NCBI GenBank assembly: GCA_049472335.1
Contig: JBLIRO010000084.1
Span: forward strand, 1-19,692
Direction of reading: 5' to 3'
Length of the DNA stretch: 19,692 nucleotides
From: a bacterium
GTDB lineage: Bacteria > SZUA-182 > DTGQ01 > JAFGSM01
Made by a program: the position numbers and the translations under genes. How positions within the stretch are numbered: position 1 is the stretch's first letter; each line of letters opens with the position of its first letter. Under the pieces are notes generated by a model. The model made no database searches, had not been told where the DNA came from, and worked only from the letters and a program-made list of their open reading frames with translations. This document shows positions 1 through 9,546 of the stretch, in pieces.

Positions 1-1
1 T

Positions 2-1147
2 GCCGCCTACGCGGTAAAGCTCTGTGATGTACAGGTAATATCAGCCTATCCCATCACGCCGCAATCTCCCGTGGTTGAAAAAATAATGGAATTTATCACC
101 CAGGGAGAGATGAATGTAGAATTCGTTACTGTTGAAAGCGAGCATAGCGCCATGAGCGCCTGTATAGGGGCTTCAGTATCAGGAGGCAGGGTCATGACCG
201 CAACCTCCGCAAACGGCCTTGCCCTTATGTGGGAAATGCTCTATATAGCTGCGGGAAACAGGGCCCCCATAGTTATGACTATAGTAAACAGGGCGCTCAG
301 CGCACCCATTAATATCCATGGGGACCATAGCGATTCCATGGGAGCAAGGGACTCCGGATGGATACAGGTCTATTGTGAAAATGCTCAGGAAACCTATGAC
401 AGCCTTATCCAGGCAATAAGGATCGGCCAGGAAAAGAATGTCCGGCTTCCTGTAATGGTATGCATGGACGGCTTCATCATCAGCCACTCCATTGAAAATA
501 TCGAGCTGTTTGAAGACCAGGAAGTAAAAAATTTTATTGGTGAAAATATCACTCATTACCCCATATTGGACACAAAAAACCCTGTCACCTATGGTCCTCT
601 TGACCTTCAGGATTATTACTCAGAACACAAAAGGCAACAGGACGAAGCCATGTTCCATGCAAGAGATGTAATCCTCAGGATATGTAAGGAGTTTGAAAAA
701 TTTTCAGGCAGAAGCTATGGATTTTTTGAAACTCATCATATGGAGGATGCCGAGATAGGTGTCTTAAGCCTTGGCTCATCAGCAGGCACTGTCCGCACTG
801 TGGTAGAAGAGTTAAGAAAAAAAGGGATAAAGGCAGGTATGGTGAAGCTTCGGGTATTTCGCCCTTTCCCTGCAAAAGAACTGGCAGATATACTCTCTCC
901 GCTTAAGGCGCTTGCTGTTCTGGACCGTTGCGACTCCTTCGGCGCCCAAGGAGGACCTGTATTCTCCGAGGTTCGTTCCTGCCTTTTTGATTACCCGCAG
1001 CGCCCTAAGGTAATAAACTATATATATGGCCTCGGGGGCAGGGACCTCGGCCTTGAAAGGATTGAAAAGGTATTTGATGACCTTTCAAGACTTGCCAAAA
1101 CAGGCCAAATCGAGAACCTTGTTGATTTTCTTACGGTCAGGGAATAG
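2..1147 (+). CDS. porA: Pyruvate/2-oxoacid:ferredoxin oxidoreductase alpha subunit (5'-partial)
   Basis: The frame is open from base 2 (AAYAVKLCDVQVISAYPITPQSPVVEK), so the true start lies outside the window. Motifs YPITPQ, VESEHSA, TATSANG, NRALSAP, DHSD, YGLGGRD. Confidence 0.93.
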   Translation, partial: AAYAVKLCDVQVISAYPITPQSPVVEKIMEFITQGEMNVEFVTVESEHSAMSACIGASVSGGRVMTATSANGLALMWEMLYIAAGNRAPIVMTIVNRALSAPINIHGDHSDSMGARDSGWIQVYCENAQETYDSLIQAIRIGQEKNVRLPVMVCMDGFIISHSIENIELFEDQEVKNFIGENITHYPILDTKNPVTYGPLDLQDYYSEHKRQQDEAMFHARDVILRICKEFEKFSGRSYGFFETHHMEDAEIGVLSLGSSAGTVRTVVEELRKKGIKAGMVKLRVFRPFPAKELADILSPLKALAVLDRCDSFGAQGGPVFSEVRSCLFDYPQRPKVINYIYGLGGRDLGLERIEKVFDDLSRLAKTGQIENLVDFLTVRE

Positions 1148-1161
1148 GAGGAATATAGGAA

Positions 1162-2088
1162 ATGATCAAACTAAAAGAGATATCCGAGAAAAAGGACCTA
1201 CTGGCCGGAGGGCACAGACTTTGCGCGGGATGCACAGCTTCAGTGGTAATGCGTCAAATCATGCTTGCATCGGATGATGACATCATCGTAACTTCAGCCA
1301 CAGGCTGTCTGGAGGTTGCCACATCCATATATCCGTATACAGCATGGAGGGTCCCATTCTTTCATAGTGCATTCGAAAACTCCGCTGCAACCACAGCGGG
1401 TATTGAGTCAATGTTTCAGTTCCTTAAGCGCATGGGGAAAATACCGCAAGACAGAAAAATCAATTTTATGGCCATCGGAGGTGACGGGGGTACGTATGAT
1501 ATCGGCCTCCAGGCCCTGTCCGGGGCGCTTGAGAGGGGACATGACTTTCTATACGTTTGTTATGACAACGGGGCTTACATGAACACAGGGATTCAGCGCT
1601 CAAGCTCCACCCCCTTGGGAGCTTCCACCACCACATGCCCCGCGGGTACGTGCATTCCCGGGAAGCCCCAATACAGAAAGGACCTTACAGGCATTGTTGC
1701 TGCCCACAACATCCCCTACCTGGCCCAGGGCTCGCCAAGCCATTACAGAGACCTTATGGAAAAGGCCCAAAAGGCATTCTCCACCAGGGGGCCAAAATTC
1801 CTGAATGTGATTGCCCCCTGCCACCGTGGATGGAGGACTAAGGTTGATCAGGGGATCGATCTTGCAAGGCTTGCTGTTGACACATGCTTCTGGCCGCTCT
1901 ATGAGATCGTTGACGGAAAAGTCCATATAACCTATAAGCCCAAGGAGAAGAAACCTCTCGTGGATTGGCTGAAGCTACAAGGGAGATTTAGCCATCTATT
2001 TAAACCCGGCAATGAGCATATCTTGGAAACCTTACAGAAAAGAGTTGATAGGGATTGGGAACGACTCCAGGAAAGAGAGGGGAAATAA
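1162..2088 (+). CDS. porB: Pyruvate/2-oxoacid:ferredoxin oxidoreductase beta subunit (ThDP and [4Fe-4S] binding)
   Basis: GHRLCAGC, ATGCLEV, GGDGG...YDNGAYMNTG ThDP motif, APC. Lies 14 bp after porA, with AGGAGG upstream. Confidence 0.93.
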   Translation: MIKLKEISEKKDLLAGGHRLCAGCTASVVMRQIMLASDDDIIVTSATGCLEVATSIYPYTAWRVPFFHSAFENSAATTAGIESMFQFLKRMGKIPQDRKINFMAIGGDGGTYDIGLQALSGALERGHDFLYVCYDNGAYMNTGIQRSSSTPLGASTTTCPAGTCIPGKPQYRKDLTGIVAAHNIPYLAQGSPSHYRDLMEKAQKAFSTRGPKFLNVIAPCHRGWRTKVDQGIDLARLAVDTCFWPLYEIVDGKVHITYKPKEKKPLVDWLKLQGRFSHLFKPGNEHILETLQKRVDRDWERLQEREGK

Positions 2089-2160
2089 TCAGGTTAAACA
2101 GGGACGATAAGTTAAATAGTCAAATAGGAAAAGCAACCTTAAAAACAAGTTTTGAAATGC

Positions 2161-2189
2161 TTGACTATTACCTAACATTTTGCTAAACT
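2161..2189 (+). promoter_or_regulatory. Sigma70-type promoter for tRNA-Asn
   Basis: TTGACT (2161-2166), 17-bp spacer, TAAACT (2184-2189) with extended -10 TG at 2181-2182. Confidence 0.6.
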
Positions 2190-2247
2190 TTCTATTTATT
2201 TTGGGAGAATATTAAGATATTTTAATATCTCATTTTTAAAAATACAT

Positions 2248-2320
2248 TCCCCGGTAGCTCAGTCGGTAGAGCGGGTGGCTGTTAACCACTTGGTCGGCGG
2301 TTCGAGTCCGTCCCGGGGAG
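2248..2320 (+). tRNA. tRNA-Asn(GTT), CCA not encoded
   Basis: Acceptor stem TCCCCGG/CCGGGGA, discriminator G, D-arm GCTC/GAGC, anticodon arm GGTGG-CTGTTAA-CCACT, T-loop TTCGAGT. Confidence 0.97.
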
Positions 2321-2334
2321 CTTCGATAAATCAA

Positions 2335-2365
2335 GGGATTAGGATGATTTGCCTAATCCCTTTTT
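2335..2365 (+). terminator. Intrinsic terminator after tRNA-Asn, overlapping an IHF consensus box (2329-2341)
   Basis: GGGATTAGG-atgatttg-CCTAATCCC followed by TTTTT. AATCAAgggaTTA matches WATCAANNNNTTR. Confidence 0.75.
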
Positions 2366-2623
2366 GCTTTACTTAATGGTTTTATAAAAAACCTCACTGA
2401 TTAAAATAGTAGGTCTGGGACAGATTTTGATAATACTCTCCTTATTAATGCATAACCGTGCTCATATAATGAATATAAATCATCATAACTAAAATAAAAC
2501 TGATTTCGTCTATCTAGATAATTATAGTTAAAAGAAGTATAATATTAAATAAAGGGAATGATTCATTATATGGGACTAAATACTTCGGCATTCTTTTTTT
2601 GACCCTTCTCTGAGGAAAAAAGC

Positions 2624-3112
2624 ATGAAAAAGTTAATAACTAATACATAGGGAAGTCTTTTTTTAATAAAATTTACAGACTCACGAGTTAATGCTCAAGG
2701 ATATCCCTCACTCATGCAGATGCCCGATTTCATGGTCAGTATGGCAATCATGGGAATTTCACCCTCTTATGTCAAATTATTTTTGACAACAGAATTACTT
2801 TCCTCATTCATGGTCTTCTCCTCAGCTCTGTCTTATCCGGATCATTATCAAAGTCTTAGTTAAATTCGGAACCTATTTATGATGAATATGATTAGTTTTA
2901 TTTACCAATCAGATCATCATCCGGGATACCTAACAAGGATCCATCATATAATTGGAACAGTTACATTAACTATGCAAACTCCTGCTGTGAAGCCGACCAT
3001 TCCCACTTTTTCTACAAAAACCTTTACCCCTTCTATGGAAGTCTATCATGCACATGGATGGATTCCTTCCTCCTCTTACTTAAGCCCTGTCGGGGGAGGT
3101 GACTTATCTTAA
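2624..3112 (+). pseudogene. Decayed gene for a small secreted low-complexity protein
   Basis: RBS GAGG then ATG: MKKLITNT*GSLFLIKFTDSRVNA|QGYPSLMQMPDF... in the same frame as ORF 2879-3112. In-frame stops at 2648-2650 and ~2861. Signal-peptide-like start with a VNA|Q cleavage site. Confidence 0.4.
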
Positions 3113-3495
3113 TGGAGGAAACTGGATGCAATCGCAAAAAGTCTAAAACGTTAGGGAAAATAGGAGTTATATTACAAATTTATTATACAGTTAACAATAT
3201 ATTGTTGTTTTTTTAGCATCAAAATTATTTTTTACGATTGGATCAAACTTGTGAGTTGCATCTTTTTAACGATTTTTCTATATTGGCGCAGGCTGGCAAA
3301 GTAAAGAAGGTTAGTAAAAAGATATTTTTCAAAATAAAGATAATCACCATAAAAGAAGACGGGAAAGCCTTTATCTCTGAGACAGAAGAAATGTCCAGGA
3401 CTGCTCCTCTTATGAATGATGATATGGATTAATTTGACTTCTAGGTCAATAATCCTTATCAAAAAATTATCCTATCCCGAAAGGAGGCATTTTTT

Positions 3496-6400
3496 ATGAA
3501 TTTCCGAATCTCAAATCAAAAAATATCAGCCTTCATCTTCCTTTGTTTTTTCACATTCTTCTCTTTAATTATTATGTCGAATGCATATGCATTTAAAGAA
3601 CTGGATCTCAACAATGACGGTTACCCGGACATCGTTTTTTCCAATCGTAGTAATAGCATAACCTATAATATCAATTCTTACATCTATTGGGGCTCTCCCA
3701 AAGGGTTTGATCAGAACCTCCGTACCGATTTACCCACACATGGAGCCACAGCTAATACTGTAGCTGATATAAACAATGACGGTTACCTGGACATTGTCTT
3801 TTGTAATTCACAAAATGATATCACCTATAATATTAATTCCTATATCTACTGGGGTTCTGCCACAGGCTATGACCCAAACAATCTCACCGGTCTTCCCACC
3901 CATAAGGCCTTTGGTGCCTCCGTAGCAGATCTGAACAATGATGGCTACAAGGATATCATCTTTTCCAATCTGAGTGATGATGTGACGACCGATATCGCGT
4001 CCTATATTTATTGGGGATCTGCCATGGGTTTTGATCCCAATCTGCGTACTGAGTTACCAACGCAAGGGGCCTTGGATAATTCAGTCTCCGACCTGAATAA
4101 TGACGGATACCCGGATATTGTATTCTCCAGTTTCTTCAGCGGTCGGGCAGGCAGTTATTATTATGGAACCTTTATGGTGGATTCCTATATTTACTGGGGC
4201 TGTGCAGAAGGTTTTGATGTCGATAACGTTACAAGACTTCCGACTTACGGCGCACATGGCAACACCGTGGCAGACCTGAATAGTGACGGGTACCCGGATA
4301 TCATCTTTTCCAACCATTGTAATGATTCGACCGGTGACATTGATTCCTATATCTACTGGGGTTCTGCAGCAGGGTATTCACCAAATCTGCGAACAGGGCT
4401 TCCCACAGTAGGCGCTTCGGACAACTCGGTAGCCGACCTGAACAACGATGGATACCCGGATATTATCTTTTCGAACTGCAATCTGGGCGGCAACCGGAGC
4501 ATTGATTCTTACATTTACTGGGGCTCCGCCGCAGGATTTGATCCCAAACTGCGTACAGCACTCCCGACCCATTATGCCAAGGGAAATTCGACAGCGGATC
4601 TCAATGATGACGGATTTTTGGATATCGTTTTTCCCAATCATTCAAAGGATGGTGAACTCAGCACCAATTCCTATATCTACTGGGGCTCCCTGACGGGATT
4701 TAATCCAAACATAAGGTCCGAACTGCCAACCCTTGGGGCCGATGGGGTAAGCACTTCTGTTGAATCCCCTGGGATGATTCAATCCTTTCATGTATTTCCT
4801 GGAGAAAGTATTCAAGAGGCCATTAACAATGCTAAAAGCGGGGATTCCATTATTGTCCATCCAGGGACATACTCCGAGAATATCCATTTTTCAGGCTTAT
4901 CCATAACAGTTAGGAGTCTGAATCCCTCCGATCCGGATGTTGTATCCGTAACCGTTATCGACGGTAAACAGGCCGGGAGTGTAGTGACTTTTGGTGCTGA
5001 AACGGAATGTCATTCCGTATTGAACGGCTTGACCTTAAAAAACGGGAAAGCAGTCAATGGCGGCGGAATCTATTGTAGCAAATCCTCATCCCCTAAGATC
5101 ATCAATTGTATTATTGAGAAAAACGTGGGCACTACGGACGGGGGTGGGATCTACTGCGACGAGTATTCTTCACCCTTTATCTCCGGTTGCAGGATTGTCG
5201 GAAATGCAGTTCCCGCATTTAACACAGGTCAGATCTCGAGTGATTCGCAGATCAAACATGGCGGTGGTATTCATTGCAGGGATTATTCTTCACCGAGCAT
5301 CATCAATTGTCATATCCTTGATAACACAGCCGCTTCTCACGGCGGCGGTATTTATTGCAGGCCCGACTCTTCTGTGAGCATCACCCAGAGCCACTTTGAG
5401 GGAAATCTGGCGTATAGAGGCGGCGGTATCAGTTTCTGGCGCTGTTCGCCGAAAATTATCAACTGTGATTTTACTAAAAATTCGACCTCAGGCCATAATG
5501 GGGGCGGAGCCGGCATATATTCATACCATTCATCACCCACAATCATCAATTCCGTCATCTGGGCGAATACCGCATATTCATCAACCGGTTATGCCCTGGG
5601 TGCCGGCATACGCTGTTCATGTTGCACGCCTACGATTACCAATTGTACCATAGTTGGAAACTCGGCTTCTTATACAGGGACAGGTGGTGCGTTATATTTG
5701 TGGGGGACCACGGCAGTCATTAACAACAGTATCATTTGGGATAACTTTCCGGCTCAGGATGGCGAGTCGGAATCCATGACCATCACTTACTCTGATGTCG
5801 AAGGCGGGTATCCCGGAATAGGAAATATCAATGCAGATCCATTGTTTATTAATCAAAACGAGGGGGATCTCCATCTTCAGGCAGGCTCTCCATGCATCGA
5901 TTCCGGAACTAACGTAGGTGCCCCTGCAGATGATAAGGATGGCTTGGTAAGGCCACAGGATGGTGACGGAGATGGACTTGGAGTCTGTGACATGGGGGCT
6001 TATGAGGCGTATGCCGAGCAGGCACCTGCTGAGCACACCCTATGGCAGATTGGCTATCCCCACGGGGATATTGGCTCGGTCAATGGTAGTAAGGAGTTTT
6101 CTAACGAATGGTCCTTTATAGAAAAATATGATTATTATGTGGGCTCGGATGCGGACCCGATCAATCATCCCAGTATGCCTGGGGAACTGGGCACCTCCCA
6201 GTCAGAAATCCACAAATTGATGACCGCAGAACTAAATATCCACTTCGTGCTCGAACGGGATTATGTTTATGGAGAGCTTTTATTGATCTATGACAGGTAT
6301 GGTTCTGAAAACGATATATTATATTTGGATGGGATTAAGACAGCGAATATTTATGGAACGGAAGAAAATGATTTTCAGCATTTTGTTTTTCCACTATGTT

Positions 6401-9400
6401 CGCTGTCATCAGGCCCTCATACCATTACTTTTGCTTATGGCAATGGCGGAATAGATGGAAAACACAGTATAGACTATATAAATTTGAGTCTTCGGTCTGT
6501 TGAACCTATTCCACCAGGTACGGGAGCCAATATTTATATTTACAACGGTCATGAGTATTGGATCGTCATGGCCCCATCCATCACATGGGAAGCAGCTCGG
6601 CAGGCTGCTAATAGGGCGGGAGGTTATCTATCAACTATTACTACCCCTTCTGAACAGATTTTTATTGAGACAATTTTACCTGAAAATGCCCATGAGTTGT
6701 GGTTGGGAGGATATCAAACGGCTCCCTCCGATAATCCTAGTGCCAACTGGGCATGGGTAACAGGGGAGCCATGGAACTACACCAACTGGAAATCCACCGA
6801 GCCCAATGACAATAATGGATATGCATCGGAAGAGCATCTGGGTATTGTTATAAACACAAGAAAATGGAATGACGAATCTTATTTAAAAAACATCAGCGGC
6901 TATATTGTTGAATCACCCATCCATGAGGACAAAATCCTCTATGACGATTTTAGCGATGGCGTTTTGGATCCTGCCTGGTCCGTGAAATTAGAGGATGCCA
7001 CAGGGTGGGAATTTAAGGAATCCGGCACCAATCTTACTGTAACGGATATTCATCCGGCAACGATTAATTACGAAAGCAATGGCACCTGGGCCAAAGCCAT
7101 CCTCAGCCGTACCATTATTCCTGTAAGTAATTTTACTTTAAATTTTGATTTCTCGTGGGATTCGGAGTACAACTATTCGGCTATGCAAAACCTTTTCGTT
7201 TCACTCTATTCTGATGAGAATAAAATTTTAATGGTGGGATACCGGGATGCATGGATATCCGGCAATGGTATAAAATTTGTCTGTGTAGACGGATATAATG
7301 GGGATTGCATTGACGCTGGCAGCTTACCTTTGTATGGATCGGCATCAATTGAAGTATATCGATTTGGAAGTGAAATGAAGGTCTTATGGGATGGTACCGA
7401 GATCTTTTCGCAAAACTATTCTTCCCCTATTAACAGGGTGGACATCGAATTCTGGAATTACAACTACAATTATTGTGTTTACTATCCAGTTAAATATCAA
7501 CCCTATAGTTTAATATACCCGGTTAATATTAATCCCATTGGACCATGGCCTCCATATCCTCCAATGCTATATTATTACAATATTTCACACTTTGGCACAG
7601 AATCGGTCGATCTTATTAGTATTAGCGGGACACCGCTTGTTCCTGTGCATGAATCAAAAATATTTAAAATCCTGGCAACCGGTGTTGATTTTGGATTGAA
7701 ATATGTCCATAAATCCGATGTGGTCCTTGGGATCAATGACCTCGCTGAAACCGTCCCTGTGCCCGGGCCGCCTCCGGAATATTCGGTTTTTATTAAAATT
7801 GTGGATCTATCGGATCCTTTTTCCTATCTCTATCAAGACCTCAGAGAGAAGGGGAATAACCAGGAGAAGTGGCTGTTGAAGATCGATGTGCCTGCAGAGA
7901 TCATAGGGAATTTCCCTGATACATATCATCCATTATTATCCTGGGACTCTTATGGGGATGATATTGAGGGTTCTTTTAAATTATGGTCTTCCAATGCGGA
8001 TGGTGAATTATTGGACCTCCTCATTCCGGATATGGATCAGATCGGGATATATCAAACCAAGGAAGGGGATGGCCCTTATTTTTGTGTGCTATTGTCTAAG
8101 GCAGTATCAGTGAGCATGAATCTTACAGCAGGCTGGAATATGATCTCTCTGCCGGTTGATGCATCTGACAAAACCATTGTATCACTTTTTCCTGACTCGG
8201 AAGCGGTTTTCGATTTTGACACGATGTATCTGCCCAAGGATTATGATGATTCATTGGAGATAGGCAAGGGATACTGGATATATGTTCCTACTGACCAGAA
8301 TTATATCATCACAGGTATCCCTATTAATTCATATACAAAAAAAACGCCGGCCGGTTGGTCGATGATTGGTGCCTGTTCCTATCCGTCGGATGTTTTTGTG
8401 GATCAGGGTTCCGTTAAAGCTCTTTTTGGTTTTGAGTACATGTATATGTTTTATGGAAGCGGTAATAGTATGGATCCCATGGAACCCGGCAGTGGGTTCT
8501 GGATCAATCTGACAGATCCTGCCAATCTAATGGTTTCCGGAAACAGGGGAACCCGTCTGAAACTGTCCTCAGATAGTGGAAGCACAGGATTGAAGAGCAA
8601 TACTGCCCAGAGTGACACGGAAGTCTGGTCCTTATTCATTATGGCTGAGGGAATGGATTTAGGAAAGGATTTTGTGAATAAAGCAGGTGTCGTGATCGGA
8701 GTGGATGATGAAGATGAGAAGGTTCCCATACCTCCTGTGCCAGCTCAGTATACGGTGAATATGAAAATCAGAGATGGGTCATCCTTTTTGACCTATTGTT
8801 ATCAAGATGTCCGCCAGCAGAAAGATGAGGCAGAAATCTGGATCTTAAAGGTTGAGATCCCTGAAGAAATAACGGGTTCTTCGGGCAATGAGTATCCTCT
8901 CTTGACTTGGTATTTGGATGGTACTATTCCGGGGACCCTGGAACTTCGTCTCGGCAAAGAAGCAGACATTGAAGACAGGCCGCTTCTGATCGAAGACATG
9001 AATTTGGATTATGAATATCAGACCAAGGGAAATGACGGTACCAGCAGTTTATGGTATACCATATTTTATATACCCGATTCCCTATCGAATTTATCACAAT
9101 ACAATGATAACAATAATAGTGCAGATATTATATACATATATTCTCAGGGATTTGGACTACAATGGTATCTATGGCCCAGAAATCCTTTATTGCAATCAGC
9201 TCCTTCTGAGACTTATCCCTTTTTTTCCGGATTTAATCCCTTCTGGCCAAGCATTCATCAACCGCTTCCGTTGGATGGGGCTTCCAGGCTGGATCAGCAA
9301 TCCTGGATCAATTTTGGATACCCATGGTATTCATATAATGCCAAATGGAGTAATCAGTGGAATTTTATAATACCTGAGATTTACTTGATGATGTGGACGG

Positions 9401-9411
9401 ATCAGCAATAG
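3496..9411 (+). CDS. 1971-aa secreted multi-domain adhesin/lectin-like protein: FG-GAP-like propeller, parallel beta-helix, C-type lectin, ConA/LamG-like domain, duplicated unknown domain, aromatic tail
   Basis: RBS AGGAGG. Signal peptide ending AYA|F. Seven DxNxDGYxD...SYIYWG repeats, GGGIYC repeats and DPLF...GSPCID...DMGAYE. C-type lectin motifs WLGG, WVTGEPWNYTNW, EPN, WND. Two GW(N/S)MI...G.GxW repeats. Confidence 0.85.
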   Translation: MNFRISNQKISAFIFLCFFTFFSLIIMSNAYAFKELDLNNDGYPDIVFSNRSNSITYNINSYIYWGSPKGFDQNLRTDLPTHGATANTVADINNDGYLDIVFCNSQNDITYNINSYIYWGSATGYDPNNLTGLPTHKAFGASVADLNNDGYKDIIFSNLSDDVTTDIASYIYWGSAMGFDPNLRTELPTQGALDNSVSDLNNDGYPDIVFSSFFSGRAGSYYYGTFMVDSYIYWGCAEGFDVDNVTRLPTYGAHGNTVADLNSDGYPDIIFSNHCNDSTGDIDSYIYWGSAAGYSPNLRTGLPTVGASDNSVADLNNDGYPDIIFSNCNLGGNRSIDSYIYWGSAAGFDPKLRTALPTHYAKGNSTADLNDDGFLDIVFPNHSKDGELSTNSYIYWGSLTGFNPNIRSELPTLGADGVSTSVESPGMIQSFHVFPGESIQEAINNAKSGDSIIVHPGTYSENIHFSGLSITVRSLNPSDPDVVSVTVIDGKQAGSVVTFGAETECHSVLNGLTLKNGKAVNGGGIYCSKSSSPKIINCIIEKNVGTTDGGGIYCDEYSSPFISGCRIVGNAVPAFNTGQISSDSQIKHGGGIHCRDYSSPSIINCHILDNTAASHGGGIYCRPDSSVSITQSHFEGNLAYRGGGISFWRCSPKIINCDFTKNSTSGHNGGGAGIYSYHSSPTIINSVIWANTAYSSTGYALGAGIRCSCCTPTITNCTIVGNSASYTGTGGALYLWGTTAVINNSIIWDNFPAQDGESESMTITYSDVEGGYPGIGNINADPLFINQNEGDLHLQAGSPCIDSGTNVGAPADDKDGLVRPQDGDGDGLGVCDMGAYEAYAEQAPAEHTLWQIGYPHGDIGSVNGSKEFSNEWSFIEKYDYYVGSDADPINHPSMPGELGTSQSEIHKLMTAELNIHFVLERDYVYGELLLIYDRYGSENDILYLDGIKTANIYGTEENDFQHFVFPLCSLSSGPHTITFAYGNGGIDGKHSIDYINLSLRSVEPIPPGTGANIYIYNGHEYWIVMAPSITWEAARQAANRAGGYLSTITTPSEQIFIETILPENAHELWLGGYQTAPSDNPSANWAWVTGEPWNYTNWKSTEPNDNNGYASEEHLGIVINTRKWNDESYLKNISGYIVESPIHEDKILYDDFSDGVLDPAWSVKLEDATGWEFKESGTNLTVTDIHPATINYESNGTWAKAILSRTIIPVSNFTLNFDFSWDSEYNYSAMQNLFVSLYSDENKILMVGYRDAWISGNGIKFVCVDGYNGDCIDAGSLPLYGSASIEVYRFGSEMKVLWDGTEIFSQNYSSPINRVDIEFWNYNYNYCVYYPVKYQPYSLIYPVNINPIGPWPPYPPMLYYYNISHFGTESVDLISISGTPLVPVHESKIFKILATGVDFGLKYVHKSDVVLGINDLAETVPVPGPPPEYSVFIKIVDLSDPFSYLYQDLREKGNNQEKWLLKIDVPAEIIGNFPDTYHPLLSWDSYGDDIEGSFKLWSSNADGELLDLLIPDMDQIGIYQTKEGDGPYFCVLLSKAVSVSMNLTAGWNMISLPVDASDKTIVSLFPDSEAVFDFDTMYLPKDYDDSLEIGKGYWIYVPTDQNYIITGIPINSYTKKTPAGWSMIGACSYPSDVFVDQGSVKALFGFEYMYMFYGSGNSMDPMEPGSGFWINLTDPANLMVSGNRGTRLKLSSDSGSTGLKSNTAQSDTEVWSLFIMAEGMDLGKDFVNKAGVVIGVDDEDEKVPIPPVPAQYTVNMKIRDGSSFLTYCYQDVRQQKDEAEIWILKVEIPEEITGSSGNEYPLLTWYLDGTIPGTLELRLGKEADIEDRPLLIEDMNLDYEYQTKGNDGTSSLWYTIFYIPDSLSNLSQYNDNNNSADIIYIYSQGFGLQWYLWPRNPLLQSAPSETYPFFSGFNPFWPSIHQPLPLDGASRLDQQSWINFGYPWYSYNAKWSNQWNFIIPEIYLMMWTDQQ
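3604..4752 (+). repeat. Seven intragenic 54-aa (162-bp) FG-GAP/integrin-alpha-like repeats (predicted 7-blade beta-propeller)
   Basis: DxNxDG units start at 3604, 3766, 3928, 4090, 4273, 4435 and 4597. Spacing is 162 bp except one of 183 bp. Confidence 0.9.
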
Positions 9412-9546
9412 GTCCCATGACCTGATCCCCAAATTTTGGTCAATAAGCTAGGTTAGTATTATGGCATAATAAGTCATCAAAAAAAGGTATAGTTAGGATA
9501 AATAAAATAACAATCCAGGCGAATGGCGAAAATCAAAGCTCAGATC

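Noticed and set aside
3232..3462. Small ORFs 3238-3432 (+) and 3232-3462 (-)
   Set aside because: No recognisable motif or convincing RBS. Likely chance ORFs in the AT-rich upstream region of the giant gene.
3604..4752. CRISPR or non-coding repeat array
   Set aside because: Repeats are in-frame protein repeats with synonymous divergence. No constant repeat/unique spacer structure and no cas genes.
6540..6910. DGR target (C-type lectin variable region)
   Set aside because: No reverse transcriptase and no template repeat differing at adenines seen in the window. The domain is a canonical internal CTLD.
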